Assembly: GCA_040954595.2 (NCBI GenBank)
Contig: CM082583.2
Coordinates: forward strand, 5,144,849-5,208,848
Reading direction: 5' to 3'
Length of the DNA: 64,000 bases
Source: Balanoglossus misakiensis
Taxonomy: Eukaryota; Animalia; Hemichordata
Shown piece after piece: positions 27,621-40,880 of this stretch. Positions within the stretch are counted from its first letter, which is position 1. Each line of letters starts with the position of its first letter. Under the pieces are notes generated by a model. It was not told the DNA's origin, made no database searches, and was given only the letters and a program-made list of their open reading frames with translations. The translations under genes were made by a program, and so were the position numbers.

Positions 27621-28754
27621 GGCTATGTCAGGCGAACCCGTCACTGATACGCCTTTGAAACTTCTGAGAGCCTGCAACACACGAGCATCGCGAATTATTT
27701 AAACCCCATCGATCTGCGGTTTCTCGTGTTTCCCCCACTGGACAAAAAGTAGAACGGGCCAGATAAAGACGATGGAATAGTCTATTGCGCAGCAACGAAC
27801 GTTTTACTCATGATTTTCGATGTACGCTTGCCTACAATGCTGCGCAAATTTTGCTGCGCACAACTGAAGTTCATGCGTCTGCGCAAAACTTAAAAAATGG
27901 CTCTTTGGGAAACGTGTGCATAGGCGTATGGTTTTTACATGTTTGTATGAATGTGATTGTCATAAAATTTTATAATGTAAATTTTCGGTCATAAATTTCG
28001 TCTGGATTGAATGAATCACGCGGTATACCCGACACGATGTTTTGATCATATATATATAAATGGATGGTGACCAGTTTCAGATTGTGTGTCCTCGAAATTA
28101 CGTTGGAAGGGGCGAATGATGGCCGTCAGGTGACAATTTCATAGGACCAAGACGAGAAACAAACACACGAAGCGAAAGAAAACCGCTTTGAAATGAAGTG
28201 TGTGCTACCACGAGAGCGGTATACGCGCACAGGGGTGGGGTGGGGCGGGGTGGGGTGTTACTGTCCGTGAAACTGCGAGGGCGCTCGATCCCTGCCACCC
28301 TCTCGCGTCTTTCTCAGTCTAATTTTTTAAAGTCAGTGATTTAAAAAACTGGTTATGGTTGTCGACGGACATAGTGAGAAATAACCATAAGACCAACAAC
28401 TGAAACGAGAAGCATGGACGGATAGATACTAGTAATTTGCCTTAAAAATAAAAAAATAAGTTAATAAAATTTTCCCTGAACCCGTTTGAGAAATGCGAGG
28501 AAAAACAACCGTTTTGTGAGAAAATGCGCAATACGTTTATACCATGCCGAGCTCTGCGTATCTTGTTAAACACTGATTTTATTTTATTACTATTGCATGT
28601 ATTATTATCGTTATTATTATTGCCACCCTGGTGTCTTTCGTGGGAACATGTCCAATATCTTGTGATTTCAATTCAAAATTTATAGTGAACTCCTGATACT
28701 TGTATCCGCGTTCTGATAATTCGTTATTCGCGTTTTCGTCTTCTCTCCCCCTCA

Positions 28755-28848
28755 GGAGCGCAATTCACAATTTTCGGGTCACTACGTGGCCACTACCGAT
28801 AGGTTAACCGCTCATCACCTCACTTGGAAATAGACAACGGCGGAATAT
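28755..28848 (+). repeat. Dispersed repeat family B, copy 2
   Basis: CAATTCACAATTTTCGGGTCACTACGT (28761-28787) vs CAATTCACAATTTTTGGGTCACCACGT (7229-7255). Confidence 0.7.
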
Positions 28849-30583
28849 TTTTTCCCTCCCCGGGATCATTTCAACTCACGTACCGTTGACATGATTCATG
28901 AAACTTTCCCTTCTCAAATTAAGAAAAAAACCCACAGAATTACAGCTGTGTAATTTTTTTTCGGATCGGCGTTCGAGGATGAACGCCAGGAACAGGGACG
29001 CGCACATTAAAGGCAGCCTGCCTATACCAGATGACAGAGAGAAAAATCATTGGAAATAAGTGGTACAAAGATTAAATCTGCCTCATACATATTGTATATG
29101 CATCGATGATTGATATGGGGCTGGCTTGGTCGGGGGAACTTCCTAAACCCACAGACTGCGCTAATAGCTCCGTGCAGGTTCGTCTTGTGTGTGCGCGCGT
29201 TTTGTCATGTTAGCGGCGCAGTATTTTAGGGATGCATATTTCGGGTTAAATTAAAGATACCATTATGTATATCTTTCACTGAGTTGCCTATGTGTGTTCG
29301 AGGGGGGTCTGTGTCTTCGCGTGAAAGTAATGCTGGCGGTTTGACAGCTGATTTGGCATTCCTGTCACGTACGACTAAACGATCATAGCTGCGAAATTCA
29401 TTCGAGCCCCAAATTCATAAGTCATCCCCCCGCTCGCGACATGGAGCGCGCTTCCCAAATTGTCTCCGGTGAAAAGTGTATCGTGTCGGCGGCGGCGACC
29501 GCTGCAGGCAAAACCAACGCCTGGAGGTTGACAACCGACTCCGCTCGGCGCGGGTTTCGCTGCGCTACCCATCGTGTCACTTTTAATTTCTCGCCACATG
29601 TACGCGCACCACCTCATCAGCATAATTGCCGCGCGTTAATCTAGTCGAAATTGGAGGACTGGTACGACCGTTTTTAATAAGGCTGCCGTTGAGAAAAAAC
29701 GCGCCTTATCACATAATCAAAAAGTTATTTTTTACAATTCCGAGATTTGGAGTTGAATCATTTCTTTGTCGTTGTGGTTACTTTTGGCGACGAGAGACTC
29801 TCTTCTTTTCACGCCTATCTGTTGATAAAATTCCCCAAATAAATACAGTCACCACGGCGATTTTTGTGTGTGTGGATGTGTTTCGTTCCCGCCATTTCTT
29901 TCACTACACAATCCGAGACGACGAAAACAAAATGTCGATTTGCTGCGACTGCGACCAAGCTGAGGTATCTCGAAGAAATTTATCAAACAAGGTCGCCACT
30001 TAATAGCGTAATTATCGAAGCGCCTTGGCTACAATGTAAGCCACATCTCTGACTGCCCCACCAAAGATCCATATGGAATGGATTGCGGGTTAATTCTCCC
30101 CCTTTATTGTATTTGCAAGTAATATCGCATTTAATGATTCAACATCGAAGCGGATGCAACGCGATGATGAATAGCAAGTCAGCTCAGAGCCTATAGACAA
30201 TTTGTGGCGAGTTAAAAGACAGCGCAAAATACTCACACTATATTTTCAAATTACTACATTCGGGTCTTTTTTGTCATTCAAATCGGCAACAGTACCAAAT
30301 TTCAAACTAAACACACGCGCGTACAGGAATTGTGGCCGCGCCAAATCAACTTGATAGGCCAGGGCGTCGTTATCATCATTGCAATGGTGTGCACGTGCCA
30401 CTTGTCATCTTTCAAAAATATCGGGAAAGACCGACCTTTCACATTCGACATTTAGGCGTGACCTCCATTTCTATGAACACGTGGAATACTTTATTTAAGA
30501 AATGATGGGGCAAATTATGAAAAATGAGGACAGTTCGAAATTGTTTTGAATGAGCGCGCGATTGGTTTAAGGCACTGATTCTA

Positions 30584-30630
<47 letters not shown>

Positions 30631-30746
30631 ATGTATGTATGTATGTATGTATGTATGTATGTATGTATGTATGTATGTATGTATGTATGTATGTATGTAT
30701 GTATGTATGTATGTATGTATGTATGTATGTATGTATGTATGTATGT
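30584..30746. repeat. Compound microsatellite (TGTC)n-(TGTA)n
   Basis: Direct reading. Confidence 0.98.
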
Positions 30747-31312
30747 TGGATGAATGGACGAGTGAACGAAATTATAATATTTTATTTTTAATTATGTAAG
30801 TATATGTAGTATGCTAATATGTCAATATCTGTGCCCCCCCCCCATAACTTTGTCCGTCAGTTTTTTTTTCTGTACTGTGTCTATACTACCTCACGAAAAA
30901 GTCAGCATACGTATCAGCATAATGCATGATAATAATTATGAAGAATGGATACATCAGACGTTTTCTGAATCGCAGACCATCTCTATAACCAGCTATCGTG
31001 TTTTCTATCGTACCGAGGATTCGTTTTGGGTGAAAACCAGTTCACTAAATGATTCAATGGTCGATCCCGTAACACTGACACGTCTAATACATCTTCACAG
31101 TTTGTCATTTAACGTGATATTAACCTTTAAAATGCCGCCGGCTACGGTAATGACATTGGATGGTCTGTCGGTCGGTACAAATGCGAACAGCCTGCTACTA
31201 TAGGCAAGAGGTGCCAAGTTGATCGATGGAGATGAAATTTACAACTTCCCATGCACAGCGCGATGCGTGGCGAATCAGTAACAAATCAAATGCAAGTACA
31301 GTAGGCAATGTC

Positions 31313-31400
31313 AGAGAGAGGGGCAGAGAGAGAGAGAGAGAGAGAGGGGAGGGAGGGATGGAGAGCGTGTGTGTATATGTGTGTGTACACAGGGGTGACC

Positions 31401-31491
<91 letters not shown>
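31313..31491. repeat. (GA)n microsatellites (pure run 31402-31491)
   Basis: Direct reading; source of the spurious RERERE ORF. Confidence 0.97.
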
Positions 31492-31494
<3 letters not shown>

Positions 31495-31916
31495 GTCTCA
31501 GAGAGCGTTAAAAATTATATCTAAGTTTGGTATTTTGAGCTGTAGTACACGATGAATGTCGTTTTGTGAGTTGATGTGTCCTCATACATAATTTACTCAA
31601 ATATGAATCTGAGGGTATAATAGACGAGCAAAAATACACAGGAGTGTTTTTGAGATAAAATATATCCCTTTCAAAAATGCATAAGTCTACAAATATAGTT
31701 TGTAATTGACCGTGTTATAGACAATTTATTGAATAAACGGAGGCAGAATTTCAGGGACACTTTCATCCCAGCATAAAGGAAAACAAGAATCTAGTTTGTG
31801 AGGCTTAATTTTCAGCAAATTGAGGTACGCATCAATTTTTATGCCAGCGCGTAATGACTAGTTGAATTGAAGTTGAATGTTGTTGTGACACTGTGCGTTG
31901 GCTACCTTGCATTGCT

Positions 31917-31919
<3 letters not shown>

Positions 31920-31948
<29 letters not shown>
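31920..31948. repeat. (GT)n microsatellite
   Basis: Direct reading. Confidence 0.95.
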
Positions 31949-34900
31949 ATGACATCATGAATTTTGGAAAGGCGCATCATCACATCTTGAAGAAGACGCG
32001 CCCCCGAAATGATTCCGTCGGGCACGCTATCGAATCATCGATATTTTATGACATATCAAGCGGATTCCCATTTTATGCATCCACGTCTAGGGGTGCAAGG
32101 TTGAAGGTCGCCGCAGCTGGATCTTCTCCGTGTCCTCAAGGCTGGCGGTAACCCGACAACGGTGGAACATCACATCGGAAAGCCCGTCTTCTCCGACGTT
32201 CGCTGTTGTCAGCCACTGCGATGCGTGCGTATAGGTACGTACAGCAGTTGGTTGCCGCCGCACCGTCAACAAAACAGGCGGCGAAGCATTCGCGTTGGTC
32301 CCGTCGTGGCGGCCGTTTCTCTCCCTTCCCTGACCGCGTCTGCGTGCGCGTACGCGTTGCGAGCACCGAGCGAAATGTCCTCAATCTGCGTGATCAATAT
32401 TTTATTCTTCCAGAATAACTTTTGTCTCAAAATCTCCCCCCCCCTTCCTCCCCGACCAGATGATGCAGATTGACGCGGTCTCTTCCTGTAACGCGAGATC
32501 ATTCTTAGTCACTGTCGTATTACTTGAATGAAGACACCTCGCGGAAGACTCGGGGAACCGCGGCATCGGTCCCCGAGTGCGCGATAAGCTCAGTAAGAGT
32601 GAAATTCAACACAGCGTCTTGTCAAGCAGGGAAACGTACATGACCACGGGCGTTGCAAGGTTTTAGAAAAACATCGACAGCCAGTGCGTTCACACCGAAT
32701 TCATATGCACCGGGAAGTCTGTGACAGCGCCACTATTATATATCTTTTTTGTTCGTATAAGTAAATCCATACGTGAAAAATACACCCGAACGCGTGCATG
32801 TGTCCGTGCGCGCATTTTAAAATAAGGGAAAGGTCGTTGATGCGCACACGGGGTGGGGACAAAACAGAACTCGAACAAAAGCCAGGGACGACTTTTCACC
32901 CTATGAAAGTACCCCCGTGCTATTTTTCATAGAACCGCCACACACACACAAATCTGACGATTCTAATCGCAGTATCTGCAATCTGTTCGTCAATGGGTCG
33001 ACCGATCTGACCAGCTAGTTCACTAGGAATCTTCCTTCCTTCCTGGCTCCTCGCCGGCACTCCGCCCGTCCACCCATCGTTCGATTCGCCAAATCTACCT
33101 GCTTATCTAGCTGTATATCAATCCAGCCATCTGAATCGGCACCGTCTCCTTTTTACAAATTTAATCCGTCCACTTTATCCATTCATTCATTATTCATTTT
33201 TCGGTGTCATGTTCATTTTTCTCCCAAACCGTATCATAATGGTGCCGATGTATCCGGTTGTATTTGAATATGTAATAGTCACTAATTCACCTATCTAGTT
33301 GTGGATCTTCATTTCAATTGATCAAAACGAATAGTCTGATATTAAAAATATATTTAACACTTAAAATATTCATCTTTTTTCTGATTTGGTGATGATCTAA
33401 TTCTCCCGATATCATAACAAGACTACCAAAATTGACCATATTTTATTGTTTTAAATTTAGACTGACTGTGTAGGGTACAGCTAACCACAACCTCAAACAC
33501 ATCATTCTGAGATTGCAAATGATTGTCTCAAAACATCACCAGTGGGACAGAAAGCGAGAAATTTATTTCACGGGTGTGCACTCGCTCTTCCAGTTGCTTT
33601 TCTTCACCCGAGCACGAGGGCGAGCGAAGTGCGTGTGCCACCACAAAGGCGGCGGAGCGCGTAGGTTTTTCAGGGGTGTCGACACTTCTTGTAACCGACA
33701 TCCCCCCGTTGTAGATGGGCATCACGACAACAAACGTAGTCCAAGCTGCTATCAATATCTGAACTCATCCTGTGCGATGTAACACGTCGGACTTTTTTCC
33801 CCTTCTCTCTTCTCTCGTCTTCTCCTGAGCTCATTCGTATGCAAACTCCAGTCCACTTGCCCGGGGCTAGAATACGACGCCGTTTTCCATTGGCCTCATG
33901 ACACCCATTGTCGAGGTGGGGATTACCCTGGGACCAATAGTCGACCAGAATTTATGTAATCTATAATCGACGGCATACGTGAAGAGAAATACATAGTCTT
34001 CCAATTGGGTTTATGTCGTTTTCCGCTGTAATATCAAGAATTCAAAGTGTTTCGAAGCAATACGTGTATGGCACGGAATATCAAATTCATGAAAACAAGC
34101 CCCGGCATTTCATTGCTCTTAAGAATGTTTCACGAACTAAAATTCACCAGTTCAGTACAATAAACACCTATCGAGGACTGCCCGCTGTCTGGATTCACCT
34201 GTGTTTCATCAAACGGGGGAATTTTACGATTTCACTGCGCACGTTTACCCCAAGTCTTGAAAATTACACTTCCCGGTACCATGGAAACGAGATGACTCGC
34301 GCTATCACTCGGAGGCTTTAATTTTTTTCTCTCTCGCAACAAATGCGCGCGCCCGGCGTAACCCGTCCAATCAGGGGCTACTTTTTCTGCGGTTTTTTTG
34401 GAAAGCCGCCAGGACTGGGAGCGCCAGAACCCCCTCTGGGTTTCTGAATCGCGCCCCACAATAGCTGGAGCGAAGTGAAAGCAACAAACGGGAAGGGGAT
34501 AGATTGGCGACGTCTCGATTACTGCACGATTTTGAGTGCGCAATAAATGGTATGAAAGCGGCAGATCCGTTGATCAAACCACGGGGCGTAGCGGTGCGGT
34601 TTCCAGAAAAAATCGACGGCGATTCTTTAACCGTCGGACACGAATCAATTTCAACGACTTGTGTCTTGATATCATGTCTACCGGTAAAAAGCACATTAAG
34701 CCGTGGTTTGCGGTTTCAACCTCAGCCGGTCCAAAAAAAACCCCGTCGCTGACGAGGCGAGCGTTCTGCGGTTCACAGTTTCGTCACCAGGAGTAGAGGC
34801 AAATGGGGGTATCTCCGAAGATCTCATTCTGTCGGTACAAGCGTGAAGCTGTGTGCACGAACAAAGGAAAACATCGATGCATAAATCACCAACATCGTGA

Positions 34901-35994
34901 GACGCATATGGAATGAAGTCACATGTATTTTCATATAAAGCGACGCTAAACCGATACGTTGCATCTTCAAAATTGTCGTAGAGGGCGTTATCTTAGTAGG
35001 AGTCGCGTGTATAGCACTTTCCCTGATGATGTGAAGAAAAAACACCGATGATAGGATAACACACTTTAATGTTTTTCCTCTAGATTAATCACCTGGTTTA
35101 GACGAAGGCTTCTGTTATAAAATTCCGGCCTTTTTTCTGCTCGTAAATTTCCCCTAAACCTACCCTACCCTGCCGCCAAGAACAAATAAGAAAAACAAAC
35201 AATCCTGGTTTTCATGTACTATATATATTAACACGGAGTTTTTGTGTGCGGGATTTTGGCAAACAGCTATCTTCACATGCGATAGCATCAGCATTGTGTT
35301 GTTGTTCATAGATGGGAAATACACTGCTGATGGCGTCAAAGATTTTATCACAAGTGTTGAACAGCGAGGGAAAATTTCGCCATGTCATTCCAGAAATAAT
35401 CTTCATGATGACAGCGATGTTTTCCAAAAAAATATTTTGGCGTTACTTTAAAGGTATTAACCTTTGAACTCTTCAGAGATAAGCTTCTTATAGGAAGCGT
35501 GACAAGAAGCAAATAAATAAGATATCGGTTTTATCAAATATAGGGCAGAATAAATGTTTCATAAAATATGAGACCGTGAGTTCTTCTTATTATTATTACC
35601 ATGTTGTGTGGGGAAAGAGACTGTGGACTCACTGTAGCGTCTGATGTTTAATATATTTTTAAATTTGAGTATAATTGTTCATTTTATGTGAACTAAACTG
35701 GATGTGTTAGGCCAAACTATAAATGAGTCATAGTGACTCTCCACCACTCCCAAACACCCAATTTTCATCCATTTTCGCCAGCCTCCTGGTTGTCTGTCCG
35801 TCTGGTCCAACTCGCACAGGACAGCAAAGCTAGCTGTCGAGTCACAGCCAATTCCCAGAACGAGAGAACAGCCAATGTCAAAAAAAAGTCGGCGAACGAC
35901 ACCATGTCACGTTTGTCCAGGCACTGAATCCGGGGACCCGGATGAGGGAAAGGTCGCGAGTCTCCCTCCGGGAGAACAGCACCCCCAGAAATCA

Positions 35995-36745
35995 AGCTAA
36001 TAGGAGCTTAATCAGGTTTAATCTCGGTCGTCAAAGAGACAAGCGTAAGTAATCGGTGGAGATGCCCGAAAATACTAGCCTTTCCTTCGGGTTAATCACG
36101 CTGTCCGTCAAACGATAGCTTCCTCGATTAATATTAGTACTGATGCGTCTGTCATTCGATTTCGATTGCCTGTGTTTAAACGGTTTTACGGTTATCCAAC
36201 TTTATCTGCGGTCGGTAATGAACTTGTCAGTCTGCATAAACTTCCGTGGATAAGTGGAGCCTACGCTGTCCAGCCGGTGCTCGACACGCGTACCTCAGAG
36301 GATCAAGTCTCGCGTTCCGCCCGGAAGTCTCATAACTCTTGCGAGATCAACGTCTGCTTGATTGGCTTCATCAAGCGGGGGAGACTGTGTAATTATTGAC
36401 AAATCAACGATGCTGAAGTCGTTCTCGCGGAAAGAATCAGTCCATTTTTTATTTATTCATTACCCAGAGTCAAACCTGAGTGACTTCTTGGATTAACTTT
36501 CGATTTCCACCGTAAACCTGTTGTCGCGATTCTGTGACATCACAGTTTTTAACTCCGCGACGGGTTAATACGCATGAAATAGAGGTCTGCCCAGCCACCA
36601 CAAGTCTCTTGCGCCGGGTGACGTCACTAATTGCTTGTGACATGGCGATGACCCACAACGGGGCCACTTCAAGGCCGAATAAGCCCCGGGCATCTCGGTA
36701 CCCGGTCCAATCTGAGGGTAGCCTGCTTAATGATGGATTAAATCG
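35995..36745. promoter_or_regulatory. Candidate enhancer/promoter with homeodomain, ETS, CCAAT and CRE motifs
   Basis: TAATCA 36009, TAATCT 36019, TAATCA 36093, CCGGAAGT 36321, GATTGG 36360, GGATTA 36490, GTGACGTCAC 36618, CCAATC 36707, TGATGGATTA 36731. Motif evidence only. Confidence 0.35.
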
Positions 36746-37365
36746 GGACCTGCATTTCCCAAGACACCGGCTCTGTGTTTGATAAGGGTCGGGGCAAAGT
36801 GGTTTATGATTTTACGGTTCACAAATTTAAAGTTAATGAGTGCACTGTCAAATTGCCACGGCTCCCCTGTATGTCAGAGTGCAGTTTCACAGTCGTGTAG
36901 TCGCGATTTCATCCACATGACCACCACCGCCTCCTCCTCCTACGGTTGCAGCCACTTGACAGGGTTATGTATGTTTCCAACCTTTTGGTCCCTTGTCAAC
37001 CTTCTGATATCTGAGTTCAAATAGATCACAGATACGGGAGATAGAAAACTCTTGTCTGAAGAGAGTCCGCTGGAAAGGCAGTCTAGTCTAGTCCACTTGC
37101 TAGAAGGAACGCACTTAGTATCATTTAATGACAAATTCGCTATCGATAATCAGCTGAGTTGTTTTATTCTAATCTAGGATTTCCACTAATGAAGTTTATC
37201 CCTCTTGATGGAAACAGCGAACGACAGAGCATGCGTCGGTTTTGATAAGAAGGGGGCCGGCGAGCACGCGGGCGGCTAGAAAAGATGATGTGGCGATGGG
37301 AGAAGATAGTAACGGTGAAACTTTTTAAAGGTCAGCGGTGATGATGACAACATCGATGATGATTC

Positions 37366-37413
37366 GGTGGTGGTGGAGGTGGTGGTGGTGGTGGTGGTGA
37401 CGATGATGATGAC

Positions 37414-37444
<31 letters not shown>

Positions 37445-37447
37445 GTG
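37366..37447. repeat. Compound trinucleotide microsatellite (GGT)n-(GAT)n
   Basis: Direct reading. Confidence 0.95.
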
Positions 37448-40400
37448 TTTAAATAATATTTGAATATTGCCATGTGTTGATCAACGAAAGTGTTCCGTGC
37501 AATCTCTTCTGTTTCTATATGTGTTGATGAAAGTATTTTGACTTTGACGTGGTTTCTGACTCTTAACAATGTGCACTGACAGCGCCCCCTCGCGATCCCA
37601 TATATCCTCTCTAGAAAATCGTTCATTCACCTCACGTGCACCTACCATCGATTGCCGCTATATCTCGCCGCGCACCGATTCGATTTCTTTGTTTGCGTGC
37701 AAAGTTTACACGCTCCGCCAAACGCATGTACGGTCGCCGAGATCATAATATCCGCGATTCTATTTTTCTCACCGCAGTTGAGTTAACAAGGCTGGGTTAC
37801 TAGGACGCGTCAAACAGAGGCGAAAACCACAAAATCGCGCTCTAATGCAGTATCTATTTACAGACTAGCAACCACAAGGGCGTTAAGTAAATGCTTCGAT
37901 CTAACAAACCATAATTTGATCGCATTGAAATCAGTTAGCCAAATATTCACCGTGTTCCATGCACGCATATTACATTCACGCTCACGCTTAACTGACTCAT
38001 TTCTCAGTCCATAAAAAACCCAGCGGAACAAACCTCGGAAGGCTGGTTATATTTTGTGATTTTTAAAAAGCATTGCTGATACAGCGTTCAATCTTTTTTT
38101 ACCCGGCAGATACTTGTCATTTTACCGATATCGTTAATGATTTTGAACATAAATATATTTTCTGACGGATCTCTTAGTACAATGGCGTTCACCATGTCTG
38201 CTCTTGCTGATTTTGTCACGTGACTCGACCAATACCGCTGCATCAATGCCAAGTTCAAATTGCGGGTATTCTCGAACGTTTGTGATTTGTGGCATTATTA
38301 TAGGTAGTGAGATTATGCATAGAAGCAATCTTTTTTTATTATTAGGAAAAAATGCAGGCGCAACACAAACGCAGAGATTCCAAGTAATGGCCAGAGCGCA
38401 CTTCCTGTACACATTAACTTCATTAAAAGCATCATTTGTAATTTTTTGGCGGGAAATGAGGAAGATGAAAGTGAAGGTATCCGCATACTTGAAATGGTTT
38501 GAATAAAGGCATTTGTTTATCAACGGTTCAGGGAAACGGATCCTGCCGCCGCGTCAGTCGCTCTGGGGAAGGCAAATGATGTCCGCTGAGTCCTGCCTCG
38601 TAACCACCCATGCAGAGAGGCAAGATATAAGAAATGTTGGGGAAAAAGCAGACCGATTGCCATGGGAACAGCAAACTTTGCCAGATGTAATTTTTTAGTG
38701 AAATCAAAAGCCGGAACGGGTCTGTTGCGGTTCTACAGCTGGAACGTCTCAGGTGGAATGTTCAGCTCTCGCGTTACCGACAACATTTTTAAGTCGAGGA
38801 CTTTTTCATGGACTTGGAGATATTTGACCAATTGTCTTGGTCGGCGAGTCGTGTTTACGTGGGGGGGGTCACAAGGGAAAGAGACAGAGGGAGGGAGGGG
38901 GGAGGGAGGGAGGAGAGGGGAGAGTGTGTGTATTTGTGTGTGTGTTCGGGAGATATATGGAGATGACGAATCTTCTTGTAGGCAGGCAGGTCGGCGTGCC
39001 GCTTTTGGAGATCTTTTTCGCTCGCCACGAGGCCGCCTGTTTGCTGAAGGCGTCATCTCTCGCAGCTATTTAGTGGGTTGGGATCTCCAATTCATTGTAT
39101 GTCTTCCCAATGGTACAGCTCATCTTTTACCCATTTCACAGCAGAAAACTTGTCCAATAATGGCGCAAGTCGCCACGGGGGCGACCTTTACCCGGGGTCA
39201 TCTGATTAAAGCATTAACTCAATGACGGCTACTTGTATCCCGTCTCTCCCAGGACAAGCGGGAAAGTACTCGGCTTATCTTGCTCCGTTTCCCCTGGCGA
39301 CCCCTCATCTTTCGCATCATCTTGAAGTGCTGTGTTTCGCGGCGTCAAGTCGTTGATTGGGCTTTCGGGCCGAGGTCTCAAAAACACGCCGCCTTCGCAA
39401 CCCTTGGCGCACACGGAAACACTTGTACATGCAACAACGATGGCGGTGTATCAAGGATGTTGACGAGTCGATAAGGGCAAACGGGAACGGAAAACAGCCG
39501 GCGCACAGTTGTTGACCAGGTGATCAAAATGAACATATGCAAATAATTAGACCACAGAGGCAAATCTCAAAGAAAAGCACCACCACCATAACAACAACAA
39601 CAACAGCGCCATAATATGACTTTCGATTGAAATATTGAACTTTAATCGAGCACTGGAGAGTCACTCTCTGGTCCAGCAGACCAACAGAGCTTGCTTTTTC
39701 GAGGCGGGGCTTCTGTGAAGGCAGTAATGAAAAATATATGTATGTAAGTCGAAACATCCTGTGATATCACATGAATCGGAAAAATACGTTACTGTTTGTT
39801 TATCGACAATCTGTCGTTCAATTTCTTTGCTGTTGGTTTTTATCACAGACAGTCAGAAACATTTCCACTGTCTAACGCACAAAATGAGACCAGGCTTGGC
39901 GTCGGCCACGGTCGTTAAATCGAATGTTTGCTTATTAAAACGGCAATTTCCCATACCCATAGTCCAAATCCCAGTTGGGGCACCTGATCTTGCGCAGTGT
40001 ACCATGGGAACTATACCGGTTCGTCGTTCTCTTGCAATATTTTTACACCATCCACGTAATTTCTCAGTAATCAAAGAAAATGTGGACTAGTTTAACCGTC
40101 CCATAATATTCCGGAAACCGGAAACGTTAACGGACCGCCGCCTACCGGAGTTTTCATTTGCGAAATTAATTTCAATTATTGTCAGCTATCGATTGCAATT
40201 TACGGGACCTAGTTATTAATTTAAGTCATTATTCATTGCAACCTGGTGAGTCTCGTGTGGTGTTTGTTTTCATAAGGCGGGTTCATTGCCATTGTCATTG
40301 GCTCAGTAACGTGCGCTGGAGTACAGGCACATAATACGAATCATATCAGAGTTTTGAATTTGCGTGCTTTATTCTACACAAAGTAGAATGTCTACTTTAT

Positions 40401-40609
40401 CTCCTTCAATTATACAAAAATAACGGTTTTCGGAAGTATGAATTAGTCACAGATAAGCGATGATCCGGTTTAAAAGAGTTCGTTGGGTTGTTCCTACGAA
40501 GCTGAGAGTTTTTTGAATAAAAGGAACCAAGACGACAAATGGACGGAAGTACGTGAGATGATGGAAGGAGAATCTCTGTGTGACTGTACGAAGCGACAAT
40601 TAAACAAAA

Positions 40610-40880
40610 GGAGACAGACAGAGAGACAGACAGACTGATGGACACACCCAGTAAAGTAGATTGTGACCAGACATACAGATTGACGCATTCATTCACTGAC
40701 TGACTGACTGACTGACTCACTCACTCACTGGGTGAGTGACAGACGGACAGGGAGATTGTGAACAGACAGACAGTCATTCAGACAGACGAACAGACAGAGA
40801 CAAGAAGATTGGGACATGCAGACATGCGAGTGGTTGGTTGGTGGGGTGACGGACGGACGGACAAACATACAGACAGGTGA
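40610..40880. repeat. Degenerate tetranucleotide repeat region (GACA/GACT/CACT/GACG)
   Basis: Direct reading of interrupted 4-bp periodic sequence. Confidence 0.8.

Noticed and set aside
33103-33116. 14-nt match to miR-9 (TTATCTAGCTGTAT)
   Set aside because: Seed region missing, no complementary arm, embedded in degenerate ATCT/ATCC repeats.
36886-37010. Minus-strand frame YQKVDKGPKGWKHT*PCQVAATVGGGGGGGHVDEIATTRL* suggesting readthrough to a PDZ-binding tail
   Set aside because: No evidence the frame is coding; the Gly run derives from a short GGA/GGT repeat and TAA is a poor readthrough codon.
38662-39225. 187-aa plus-strand ORF
   Set aside because: Crosses GA/GT low-complexity sequence; no domain; likely chance.
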